This document shows positions 1 through 11,411 of a stretch of 64,000 nucleotides of DNA, one piece after another. Below the pieces are notes generated by a model, which saw only the letters and a program-made list of their open reading frames with translations, was not told the DNA's origin and ran no database searches. The first letter of the stretch is position 1. Every line of letters starts with the position of its first letter. Position numbers and translations under genes: made by a program. This DNA is from Octopus bimaculoides (taxonomy: Eukaryota), in the NCBI RefSeq assembly GCF_001194135.2, contig NC_068987.1, positions 100,320,186 through 100,384,185 of the forward strand, in the 5' to 3' direction.

Positions 1-1409
1 CTGCCTCTCCCGCCGAGAGCCGCGGCAGGCCGGTCAGGTAGGCACTGAAGTCCATCCTGCGTTCCGACCCACCGCTCGCACCGAACAGTCGAGCAAAGTG
101 CTGTTGAAAGGCCCCACACATCCTTTCGGGTTCGAGCAAACTACATCCCTGTTCATCGATTAGAGACCGAATGGTGGCTCTGTTACCGCGTTGCGCCTCC
201 GCCACCCGGGCTTCTCGCGCAGCTTCGATCCCTTCGTTCCTTAAGGCACGCATTTTAGCTCTGACGACGCAACCTTCGTGTTTGGTGTTGAGGTGTTGGT
301 CGAGCGCCATCCTCGCCGCCAAAACGTTGGTTTCGCTACCAGTTGTAAGTGCCTCTCCTAGTTTCTTAACTAAGTTTCCCTCTACTCTATTTCGATCTAT
401 CGCTAGTTCTTTACTCAACATAATAGATTCCGATTTAATTGCCATTTTCAGGGCAAACCATCAGCGGTTGTTAACGATGGCTCCTGCTAACGCCCTCTTA
501 ATTAATTCGCTAATCCGGTTCCTGTAAACCGGCCGCGCTAAGAGCGAAGCGTTCAGTTTCCAGTAACCGGGACCCTGCCTATGTGTCTTATCTAAGTCGA
601 GCGTACATGTCACAAACTTGTGATCTGTGTAGCTGACTATTTTAAATTGTGGACATCCTACACTATCTCTATCCGCTGTCCTACATAGAACTCTATCTAG
701 ATACGATCTCGAAGAACCGACGCGGTTTGTCCAAGTCCACGTTGGCAGGTTCGGATGGTCGAGTCGGAACCTGTCAGACAAATGGAAACGTCTGAGCAGG
801 TATTTGAGGCACTTACATCCCGTTCTACTCCTATCCACTCCCACATAGTCTATATGCGTGTCCAAGGTAGCGTTCCAGTCCCCTACTAACAGTAAAGGTC
901 GTGACGTTGCCAGGAAAACCTCTAGACATCTAAAGAAATCCGCCCGACCCGTTAAGGACGATGCATACACTGCCATCAGACGGAAAGCACACCCGTTTGT
1001 GCCATCGACGTCCAAGACAACCAGCCTACCCTCTGGGTCTAGGAATATTGGCGTTACTTTTAGGTTCAGACTCTTCAGAAAAAGCACCGCGGTACCACCA
1101 CCACCCATGTNNNNNNNNNNNNNNNNNNNNNNNNNNNNNNNNNNNNNNNNNNNNNNNNNNNNNNNNNNNNNNNNNNNNNNNNNNNNNNNNNNNNNNNNNN
1201 NNNNNNNNNNNNNNNNNNNNNNNNNNNNNNNNNNNNNNNNNNNNNNNNAAATGTCCGCCAAACATGGACTTGAGGGCCCGCGGGTTACTGAGTCTGGTTT
1301 CATTGATAGCTATGATTTCTATGTTCTGTGACTTGATGTCATTTAGAAGGTAACCTTGCTTCCAGGCTGACGCCAAGCCACGTACATTTACACAACCTAA
1401 TTTAAGCAT
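1..1409 (-). mobile_element. Tx1/L1-clade non-LTR retrotransposon, ORF2 5' part (APE endonuclease + linker), running off the window's left edge
   Basis: Minus-strand translation gives MLKLGCVNVRGL...IAINETR...GGGGTAVLF...EGRLVVLDV...LVGDWNATLD...TWTWTN...SYLDRVL...TDHKFV...GPGYWKLNASLL. These are APE endonuclease motifs, and GYWKLN is typical of L1/Tx1. The frame continues past one TGA at 461-463 (likely TGG) to base 1. N-gap at 1111-1248. Confidence 0.92.
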
Positions 1410-1465
1410 AGTTGAAGTCGAAATTTGTGTTTCATACACGACAGTAAAAGAGACAAGAGAGAAGG

Positions 1466-1765
1466 TTACTTACTCGTTTCGAAAGTTTTAGCTTCCTCTT
1501 CTTTTGAAGTATCTTGGATGAGGTTTTTGAAGAGGTTCTTTGATAAATATTTTTGGAACCCCCCGACCGCATTCGGAAAGAGGGTTTTGAGTGTGTGGTG
1601 CTGCGTTTGTGTGATGTGAACTATTTTGGTGTGTTTCGGTGGTGTAGTGCGTGGATGATTGTTAAGCTTATAATTATCTTCATAAATGTTTGTTTGAGAT
1701 ATGATGTAGTCCATTAGTCTTGTGTTTTTTCTGTCTATCGCTGATAGCATTGTGTGCGTTATCAT
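1466..1765 (-). CDS. Short intact ORF directly upstream of Tx1 ORF2 (possible ORF1 or ORF1 remnant)
   Basis: 99-aa open frame ending ~57 nt before the ORF2 ATG, same strand, A/C-rich. No recognisable domain. Confidence 0.3.
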   Translation of the reverse strand: MITHTMLSAIDRKNTRLMDYIISQTNIYEDNYKLNNHPRTTPPKHTKIVHITQTQHHTLKTLFPNAVGGFQKYLSKNLFKNLIQDTSKEEEAKTFETSK

Positions 1766-1884
1766 AGCATATCATATCATGTCATATCATTTCATATTAT
1801 ATCATATCAGTTTAATGGAAGATACTACACCACAACTGAAGTTATATAGATAGATATACCGATAAATGGATAGTCACACAGTTA

Positions 1885-1885
<1 letters not shown>

Positions 1886-1935
<50 letters not shown>

Positions 1936-2180
1936 ATGTGTGTGTGTGTGTATGTGTGTGTGTATGTTTGTATGTGTGTGTTTGTGTGTGTCTGTGTGTG
2001 TGTGTGCGCGCGTGTGTGTATAATTATATCTATATCATATATATCATAATAATAATATTAAGGATAAAATTCCAAATTTAGAGGTAAAAACTCTATTAAA
2101 TTCAATTTATTAAANNNNNNNNNNGAGAGAGAGAGAGAGAGAGCGAGAGAGAGCGAGAAAGAGAGAGAGAGATATAGAAA
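1886..2180. repeat. Compound (TA)n/(TG)n and (GA)n microsatellites
   Basis: Directly visible. Confidence 0.97.
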
Positions 2181-2194
2181 GATATTTTTTTCAT

Positions 2195-2480
2195 TCATTG
2201 TTTAATTTCAGTCTAAGCTGTTTAGTTTCTCTACGGTTCGTGTGATTACACCTGTTCCATATCTAAGGTGTGAAACCGCCCAATTGTTGATAACATCAAT
2301 CTTATTCCGTCTGTATAATTTCGACTTACAGATCAGACTCAGTCTGTGCAATACTCCACCTTAAATTTATCTCTCATTTCTTTCTCCATCAATTTATCCA
2401 TTTCCGATATCACTAATCACTTATAGCCCTGCTCTTTTATCTGCTCCATAACGTCCCCCGACGCTATTGCTCTTCTTATT
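2195..2480 (-). mobile_element. R4/Dong-type (REL) LINE fragment, RT C-terminal region
   Basis: Frameshifted minus translation EQGYK*LVISEMDKLMEKEMRDKFKVEY...KSKLYRRNKIDVINNWAVSHLRYGTGVI...KLNSLD resembles the GYKYLG...KSKLNGRNKI.AINTWAV..LRYGAG segment of R4/Dong RT. Confidence 0.7.
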
Positions 2481-2768
2481 CTAGTATTTGACATGTAAGG
2501 ACTTTTCTTGCCATCGCTTTATCATGACATTTTATATTTCATGTTTCATAGACTTGAGTTACCTAACAACTTTTGCTTTTACTTGTTTTGTTTTTGTTCT
2601 TTTTTATGGCTTTCAGATATTTGACCTCAGCTTTGCGCTTTTCCGGCTTCGTTAAACACAGAAAACAGTTTTTCTGTTGCTTCGTAGATAATTTGTATAA
2701 GTTTTCCTTGATTCTGAATTCGATATTATTTTAGCCCTTTGGTTGATATTTTCTATTAATTTTCTAGT

Positions 2769-4012
2769 TGTAAAAGGTTCGACTGAAAAGTTTATTAGCT
2801 GACCGAGATGCTCTCGTGGAATGTGATTGAATGAGCTTTATATTTCAACATAGTCCCCTTTGCGTTCCACACATTTTCTTCTATTGGTTTTGCAGTGCTT
2901 GAATCTCATTAATGGAGAAGCTTTCATCCTGTAGATAAAAAAGAAGTACTATAGATAAAACAATACATTTGACGTCTTCATGAATGCGATACTAGCTTGC
3001 AGCTTAGTGTTTAGGTGGGGAAATCGTGAGAATAGGAAGAGGTATCACCCAGTTTAGAGCCACAGTGATGCACAGCAACCATTGAAACCATCGACTTGTG
3101 TGCTGGAGAATTAACAACACCACTTCCGTCAGTTTTCTTGGACGCTTAGTCTTCATAGCCCTTCGTAACTGCCGCCGAAATTTGATATAATATTCTTCAT
3201 TGATGGTGTGGCATTTTTGAAGATAGTCAATATACACAATGCCTTTTGCATCCCAAATAGCTGATGCCATTATCTGCCCCGCAGACGAAACCCTCTTAGC
3301 CTTCTTTGGAGCAGGTGAGGAGGGGATATTTCAACTGCATTGGCTTTTCCTTTACCTTTGGCTGAAATTGGTGAACCAAGCACTCGTCCTAGGTTAGGAA
3401 ACATTCAAAGAAAGCAGCTAGATCGGCTTCAAATATTTTTCCGTGATATGATCAGCCTGCTTCACTTTTGATGAGGTATCAGAAGATATAGCACTTATCG
3501 AGCAGAAACGTTCGTTTAGCCAAGTTCATTGAGCAGAATATTCTCAACTCTCTCACAGGCTATTTCATTTATAATCAATCGTCTGGAATCCTTCAATGTG
3601 TGTTGAACACAATCAATGTTTTCCTCGGCGGTGGCATTTGTAGGAAGTACTGATTTTGGGTCATCATCAAAACTCACCATTCACCTCATAAATTCAGCTC
3701 CCACTTTTGTATTGTTGATAAAGCCGGAGAATCGTCTCGTAATGAAGCAGTCCTGTCAGCATGAATTTCCTTGGGGGCTAAATCCTTTTTCTGCAAGTAC
3801 TTGATAACACCACGACACCAAGTTTCACCCATTTCCAAGCGAAGACGCTACTAGTTATGTTGAAGTCTTTTTGAACAGCCATATGTCAGTTTGCCTGGAA
3901 AGAAACAATGCAGGTATTGATAAGAGGCAATGAAATTAATGCAAGCAAAATTTCACAGCTCTAGCAACACTACTTTATTGGCAGCCTATGAACTTTTAAG
4001 CCCACCTTCGCA
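2769..4012 (-). mobile_element. Near full-length (~1.24 kb) degenerate mariner DNA transposon
   Basis: Imperfect TIRs: AAGGTTCGACTGAAAAGTTTATTAGCTGAC at ~2775, and the reverse complement of GGCAGCCTATGAACTTTTAAGCCCACCTTCG at ~3980-4010. Transposase relic ASAIWDAKGIVYIDYLQK..TINEEYY, plus degenerate WVP, GDE and YSPDL motifs. Multiple stops and frameshifts. Confidence 0.88.
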
Positions 4013-4079
4013 TAAGGCGTCTATTGCCTTCAGTTTATTTATATAACATTTCTATGTCTAATTTCTTTCGTTTTCTTGT

Positions 4080-5440
4080 CCAATTTTACTTGCACATTTA
4101 GAATCCAGTCAAGAATATTTTAATTGTAACTTATAACTTGGACAACTAATGTCATAATCTTTATTAATTTAGTTTCGCATTTAGTGCTGTTTTAATATTT
4201 GATATAATTGGTTGATAATACTTGTTAGCTTTTCTTTCACTTTTGCGTGTTGTTGCCTATCTACTTCATTGATTCCGAATGTTTTGTATGTCTGGCTTTC
4301 ATGTTGTTCTCTTATTTAATTTTCTATATATAATATGTCATTGTTGTTCTGAATTTGTTCACCTATCGCCCAAGTTATAACATATTGATTTCTCTCATAG
4401 ATCCGTGTATTGTCTGTAGTATGCAGCTTGAAATTTGTAATCCACGATATACAAGAGATGATTGTTTGCTTAACCTTAAAAATTTTATCTACAACAAGTT
4501 GTTGTCATCATGTCGGTTAAATGCGTCATTACCTGACAAGAAATGAGGAGTGAGTGGTTTATTTTTCTGCCATTCACCCATTACATGGTTTATATATTCT
4601 AATATTATCGGTGGTACCTTACTCATGGATGGTATTTCCAGGGCCAACTTCGGTTTCTGATTTCAGTAGACTTTGCGATTAAAATGTGATTTCAGTAGAC
4701 TTGGCAGTTACGATGGATTTTCCTTCTGTGATTCAGGTGGTGCCGTTGGCTTCATCATCCTCCCACTAATCTTCTCTACCAGCACATTATGCTTCACTGT
4801 TAAATATTTTAAACAAAATGCGGGAGTCATCTGGTATCCTTGTACCTTCCAATCGTTTCATTTTTGCCGTACCTGGGCTAATTCTTTCGTTGATATGAGT
4901 ATTCAAAGTTATGCAGGTACTGTGTGTGTCATTTTGTTTAATCTCTACAATTGTAGTTCCTTCTCAGCCGACACTCTTTCTTTGATCTTTTTTTTTTAAC
5001 TACCTGCACTACTTGTGCTACATTGACCTCTATTTTATATTTTACTAAGTTATAGATATAAATGTTTGGGATTGAATTTAGATTGCTTGTATTGTTCAAG
5101 GAGTCATTTGAATGTTCATATGGACGAATTATTTGCGATTTGGCGATGATCTCTTGCGTTAGGCGCTTGTTATTTTATGTTTCATTGCAGGTACATCTCA
5201 TTTTGTTATATTGTATTTCCGTAGTATTTCACTCCCTTTCTCGTTGATTAATCGTCATGTCTTTTTAATGATTTCAGAAAGGACTGACACATTCTTTCTC
5301 TTAATGTTTATCATTTTCTGAATATTTCCTTCGTAAGGATTTTGATTTTTCTCAATATTTGCTATGTAAGTGAATCCTAAGGAGTATTCACTTCTCTTCG
5401 TGATCTCCGAGGTGGCTGCATACATTATTTATTTAGCCAT
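4080..5440 (-). mobile_element. Highly degenerate R4/Dong-type LINE fragment (pre-RT to RT N-terminus)
   Basis: Minus-strand relics QEIIAKSQIIRPYE..., NDWKVQGYQMTPAFCLKYLT (cf. NWKAPGPD..HNFWLK.LT) and DNNLL. Boundaries approximate. Confidence 0.55.
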
Positions 5441-6009
5441 GAAATATTGATGTTTGCTTCGTTGCTATGCCATCATTAGCTACTACTATTCTTGTTATTA
5501 GTGCTATTATTGTAGTTGTCGTTGCTATTTTTGTTGTTGATTTTGTCGTTTGGTTTATAAAATAATCGTGTGGCTCACGTGGGTTTCTTTACTCTCTTTA
5601 ATTTTTGTTAGAACTTTAAATAAAGAACCGTACTTCCTCGAGTGAAGAAGGATTCCACTAAACTGTGACGTAAAGAGCACAGAGTTTTTATATTTATTTC
5701 TGTGGTCTGTGTATTTTTTTCTCGTTGGAAATATGATGACGCTCGTGCCAGTAACTGACTGAATGAGGAGGTAGAAGTAAATTCTTACAGCGCTACGAGA
5801 TTCGCGCGAGAGCATAACCATGACAGCAGCAACAGAAATTAGAACAATTACCATAAGAATGGCTTCGCCAAATCTTTTAGCTACACAAGCAACGACCATA
5901 CCACGATGGGAATAGTAACAAAAACAGACATCAACGACCACACAGAAGCGAAAACAAAGATAAGAACAACAGTAATGAGAGCAACAACAAGCGCAGCAAG
6001 AGCAGTGAC

Positions 6010-6022
6010 ATCATTGTCATCG

Positions 6023-6065
<43 letters not shown>

Positions 6066-6075
6066 TATCATGATC
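6010..6075. repeat. (ATC)n microsatellite within a broader degenerate trinucleotide tract (~5810-6130)
   Basis: Directly visible. It explains the poly-D ORF. Confidence 0.95.
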
Positions 6076-6139
6076 ATTAGCAGCAGCTACAACAAGAGCA
6101 GCCATAGTAGCGAGAACAAGAAGATGCGATGATATCGAA

Positions 6140-6600
6140 AAAGTAAGCAGAGATGTGGTGATGCTGTTTCGAAAGGTCTGGGGATCGAAGCATGGTCCAT
6201 CCTCTAAGACTCTGACGGTAAGATAGTAGTTCTTGACATGGACAATACCGAACTCTTCTAGTGTACATGTAGACACATTATCATGAATTCTGCAACTGGA
6301 GCAGAATGGCCCGATTTCTTTAGTCAGATTTTCCTTTAAATGTCTCTTTAATGCTTGTGGACGACTGAAATAGCACTTGTATAGATCGCATGTCTCTAGT
6401 TGAGTGGAAAATTGAGTGTAAAAGACTCATAAAACCACTCAGTCATTTCAAACTGGCTGACAAGCAGCGACAGATCCGAAATGTACAAATGTAGACATAG
6501 GCAAAAATCGTCCGTTTATCTCGATCGTTGCTACATAGATTATGATAGCTTTGATGTATGCTGTCTTCAGTTAAAGGTTGTGGGCAATAAGGTCCTCACG
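6140..6600 (+). mobile_element. Degenerate Tx1-clade APE endonuclease fragment
   Basis: Plus-strand pieces DGKIVVLDMD, PDFF, LMLVDD*NST and SSVYLDRCY...LQLKVVG align by eye to EGRLVVLDVD, ADFF, LLLVGDWNAT and SSRSYLDRVL...QFKIVS of the 1-1409 copy. Confidence 0.72.
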
Positions 6601-6980
6601 TAAAAGAGCAGCATAATAAACAACATACTAGAGATGAAATTATTGCGAATAATACTAACACTAAACGGCAACTGATATTTAATAAATATATAGACAAAAA
6701 TATAGCGGAATACAAGAACACATACAACACAACATACATACAACACACGAAATTTATTGAAAATACACAATAAATTTCATTGCAAATATTAGTGTTATTG
6801 ACTTAACGACTTCATTAAATACACTGGGCATAAAGAAGTCACTCCCTCCGAGCGGTTTAACATTATTTACAACAACGTGGAATGAAAATGTTATATACTG
6901 GACGAAACAATTAAAACTTATATAGGCAGACATTCACAGACAACCTATGTGTACACTATTATATATATATATATATATAT

Positions 6981-7104
6981 AAAGGGTATTATTACAGAAA
7001 AATAATATCGCCACACAGTGGACTTCTCAAAATAACCACATTTATGTGGTTATTTTGAGAAGTCGACTGTGTGGCGTTATTATTTTTCTGTAATAATGCC
7101 CTTT
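6981..7104. repeat. Near-perfect 124-bp palindrome (61-bp arms, 2-nt loop) flanked by TA repeats
   Basis: Arm 6981-7041 versus the reverse complement of 7044-7104 shows 3 mismatches. Confidence 0.95.
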
Positions 7105-7534
7105 ATATAAATATAAACGAATGATTATATTCTTGGGAATAGAAAATTCCCGTATGATTTTTTTTTACAAACTGGCTTCTTGATAAAATTCTTGTAAAAG
7201 TGTTTTATCCTGTTTTGAATTTACTTATANNNNNNNNNNNNNNNNNNNNNNNNNNNNNNNNNNNNNNNNNNNNNNNNNNNNNNNNNNNNNNNNNNNNNNN
7301 NNNNNNNNNNNNNNNNNNNNNNNNNNNNNNNNNNNNNNNNNNNNNNNNNNNNNNNNNNNNNNNNNNNNNNNNNNNNNNNNNNNNNNNNNNNNNNNNNNNN
7401 NNNNNNNNNNNNNNNNNNNNNNNNNNNNNNNNNNNNNNNNNNNNNNNNNNNNNNNNNNTATATATATACATATATATATATATATATGTATATATATATG
7501 TATATACATATGCATTTGCGTATGTATGCCATTT

Positions 7535-7571
<37 letters not shown>

Positions 7572-7731
7572 GCATATGTGTGTGCATGCATATGTGTGTG
7601 TGCTCGCGTGTGTGCACGCGTGAGCCTGTGTGTGCCTGTACGTATAATTACATTGTAACGAGAAACCAATTCACAATTGCAGGATACACATTAGCGATTC
7701 GCTAAATTATCCATAGATTTCCATGGCTTAG

Positions 7732-7864
7732 ACGTATATACTGAGAATCATCGTCCACCAGGATCAGCTCATTCGGGCTGTTCGTACTAAAGAGACTACG
7801 GAGAAAGCCGAAACTGACCGATCAGTCTGGGAATATCTTGACCGCTGCTTTCTAAGTGATTATG
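7732..7864 (+). CDS. Candidate host-gene exon P1 (TYILRIIVHQDQLIRAVRTKETTEKAETDRSVWEYLDRCFLSDY-G), phase 0 to 1
   Basis: Open frame, raised GC, AG at 7730-31, GT at 7865 (G|GTATCT). Phase joins exon P2. The acceptor is weak. Confidence 0.3.
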
Positions 7865-8049
7865 GTATCTGTCAATACATATATATAAAATTATGCGTTT
7901 TTATTGCAGCATTAGATTGTTTACCTCTTGTTTTTGGCTATGTAGGTCTTTATAACACCCTTAGTCTTATACTTAATGACGGTTATATATTTTATCCTAT
8001 CCATGCTATATTATGAACATTATCCTGCGTTTGAGAATAAAATTATTTC

Positions 8050-8092
<43 letters not shown>

Positions 8093-8149
8093 TATATAAA
8101 GATGCAAGCGTATATATCTATAATTTGCATATATTTTTATATTGTTTTA

Positions 8150-8538
8150 ATTGCTTCAGTTATTTGACTGCGGCCATGTTCGAGCCCGACAAGATCGCCG
8201 CCAGGACTTATTCTTGAATCCTAAAACTTATTCTATTGGTATATGTTACCGAACGGCCAAATTAGAGGGCGTAAGCACACCAACACCGGTTTTGAAGTGG
8301 TGATGCGGGATGTGTGGAAAACACAGACACAAAGACTCTCTCACGCGCGCACAAACACACACACACACATATACAACAGGTTTCTTTGAGCTTCCGTTTA
8401 CAAATTTAACTCACAAAGCTTTGGTATGCCCGAGACTATAGCAGAAGGCAGTTGCCTAAGGTGCCACGAAGTGGGACTGAACCAGGGACTATGTGATTGG
8501 AAAGCAAGCTTCTTACCACTCAGCCACGCCTGCGCCTA
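8150..8538 (-). mobile_element. tRNA-derived SINE family A (older copy)
   Basis: Homologous to copies at 45850, 48462 and 57273. The head reads GGCGCAGGCGTGGCTGAGTGGTAAG on the minus strand, with an internal (CA)n tract. Confidence 0.9.
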
Positions 8539-9191
8539 TATATATTATGCATTAAAAAATTTACAGGATTCATGAGAATCAGTTCGGTAAATGCGCTATC
8601 GTGTACAATGCATAATGACACGTACGTATACATAAAGAAAACGCATTTGTACTTCAGTTATGTATACATTCATAAGTGGTTGACTGAATACACCACGAGT
8701 CAACAATGTCACGTATAGGTACACTCACTGCATCTGTTGCTCCGCCTTCTAGGATTCTAGATCCAAACGTATTGTACGTTCCGAATTAGGTGAAGGATAA
8801 ACAATGACAACAGATAGATTAGGGTCAACTACAACTGTCTCAGACGTGTTTTTTTTTTATGAAAAGAAGTGTTACATCATTAAAAAAAAATGAAACATCT
8901 TCATCAGGTGAATACAGGTAAAAATTAACAAATAGAATTTCATAATAACAAAGTCATAGCGCCATATGACTACCAACTCAAGTTCAGTCAGTGAGTTTTG
9001 GTGCGTGGAGTGATAGGGCAATATGTGCTTGTCTTCGAGGAGTTCTAATTGCTGATTCGTACTGATGAAATTGTAACTTTCTTTTATGTGCATAATGTAA
9101 CACTTTTGTTAATCAATAAAAACTCGTTTGAAACAACTGTAGTAAACCACAATCTATCTTCAGTTATTGCTTATATTATGTGTGTGTATGC

Positions 9192-9241
<50 letters not shown>

Positions 9242-10244
9242 GTGCGTGCGTGTGTGTGTGTTTATTATATGTTATATTTTAATATTCCACTTAAGCTTTG
9301 CGTGACTGATAATCAGATGTAGACCTCAATATCCATATGCTTCACAACGAAGTGTTAGGCGAGTATAGAGCGGTAATAAGAATATAAGATGTCAAAGGAA
9401 AAAAAACGATTATATTATGAACTTCATTAGTAAAAGCAGCTGTAAGTTAACGATGTTCATTACACAATCGTGTTTTTACTTCGTCATCGCATTTTATTAT
9501 TTTGTGTGCGTGTGTGTTTGTCTGCGTGTATGTTTATCTGCGTCTGTGTTTGAGTGTTTGTATGTATATACATATAAACGTGCATATATACGCTAATGAG
9601 TAGGTATGTATATGCGTACATACAAAAATCATTCACAAAAATACAGATGGAAGGAAACAACATGCAGATTAATTTATGCTGAAATAGTCAGTCATTTATT
9701 AAATCATCGTTATTTAAAACAACGTTAAACGTCGCAAATATAATCACATGCGCAAAGTGTTCGCGAATATATATATATATATATANNNNNNNNNNNNNNN
9801 NNNNNNNNNNNNNNNNNNNNNNNNNNNNNNNNNNNNNNNNNNNNNNNNNNNNNNNNNNNNNNNNNNNNNNNNNNNNNNNNNNNNNNNNNNNNNNNNNNNN
9901 NNNNNNNNNNNNNNNNNNNNNNNNTAAGAAAAATTTTAATTTTGTGAGAGATGTTACATGTTTCGGTTCTTCTTGAAAAAGCGAACTTATTAAAAAAATA
10001 TATTTTAAAAGTTAAGTGTAATAAAAGAAAAGTTCATAATTATTTCTTACTAGTTTCAACAAAGTCCCCGTGGTACCGTTTTATGAGTGGGAAGATAATG
10101 GCTGACTCGTGCGTGGACTAGAATCGTTGGCTGTAGTAATGAAAGTGGTCGTTAGCTGTAATCGCAAAAGTAGCAGAGACCGTTGGTCGTAGTAGTAGTG
10201 CCCGTGGTGATAGTGGTGGTTGGAGTTGTAGTAGTAGTTCATTG

Positions 10245-10291
10245 TTTATAGTAGTAGTAGTAGCAGCAGCAGCAGCAGAAGCAGCAGCAGC

Positions 10292-10344
<53 letters not shown>

Positions 10345-10345
10345 A
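10245..10345. repeat. (TAG)n/(CAG)n microsatellite
   Basis: Directly visible. Confidence 0.95.
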
Positions 10346-10489
10346 AGTGACCGTTGACTGTAATAGCAGCAGTAGCAGAGACCGTGATTTGCAGTAGTAG
10401 TAGTGATCGTGATGGTAGTGGTGGCTGGAGTCATAGAATTCTTTTTTTTATCAATTTGGATAACCAATATATAGTTGTAATGTTCCTGG

Positions 10490-11130
10490 CCCACGGTGTT
10501 TAAACTTGGTCCGAATTTTCTAATTAAATGAAGTTCTTTGTAATGACGTTGAGTGAAAGATGCGCTGTTGCTGAATTGGTAAACTCGGGAAGTTGCAAAT
10601 TTTGGTTTTTATTCGATGCACATCTGTCTATGTGGCCGCTGACAGCTATTTTCCTATATTCAGGATTCTTAATTTAGGATTTATGTACTGCCATCCATTT
10701 TCGTAGGCTGTTTCTTTTTTTGTATTGCCAATATATTGCCTATTGCACCTTGTGTATGTTATCACGTAAATTAAGATTCCCAATGCACAGTGAAGTTTGT
10801 TCTGATGGAAAATGATGGCCTTGTTCTAATATGCATTCCGAACCTTCTAATAAGATGACACAGATCCCGCAGTTTGACTTTCCACAATTCTTAACGGTTG
10901 AATTTGTGGTTGTTATTGGGTACAGTTTAGCCTGGGTTAAAATCTTCTTTAAAGATTTTGGTTGCCGTTTACTTTTTATGATGGTGTACGTTTGGAAAAT
11001 TCGGTTCATCTTTGGGTCTCACTTGAGTAGAGCTCTGCTCTGGAATATGCTGTTGAAGGCCTCATTGTTTATATTGATACGAATGTCAGCATCTTTTGCT
11101 CTACTTCCATGCATGCATGAGCTAAGCACC
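10490..11130 (-). mobile_element. Penelope-like element, GIY-YIG endonuclease fragment
   Basis: KRQPKSLKKILTQAK...KNCGKSNCGIC..LLEGSE, then frameshifted LRKWMAVHKS*IKNPEYRKIAVSGHID...QRHYKELHLIRKFGPSLN. Same family as 62300-63460. Confidence 0.85.
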
Positions 11131-11376
11131 TGCATATTATGAATCATATGTATTATAAACTTTTTATAACGATACGCAAGCTAAAATTGTACAAGCTAAA
11201 ATTGTAACGTATTCAGTTTTTAGTTTCTATATTAAGTGAAGTTTTATACGACACACGGTTAAGCAGACTTCTCCGCCTACATATTTATAAACACATACTT
11301 GTTTTATCATTATGTTTTAATTCTTTTGCGCCGTACCTCTAACTTAAATTCTTTCTATTTTCATTACTTCCTACAG

Positions 11377-11411
11377 GTAACTACGTGCGTTACAAATGGA
11401 TATACGCATTC
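11377..11411 (+). CDS. Candidate 35-nt exon P2 (G-NYVRYKWIYAF), phase 1 to 0
   Basis: Long polypyrimidine tract TTCTTTCTATTTTCATTACTTCCTACAG and donor GTAAGC at 11412. Confidence 0.42.

Noticed and set aside
5881-6420. Long minus-strand open frame with a near C2H2 zinc-finger pattern (CDLYKCYFSRPQALKRHLKEN) and poly-D
   Set aside because: It is the antisense of a Tx1 endonuclease relic on the plus strand plus an (ATC)n repeat, and two of the four ligands are missing.
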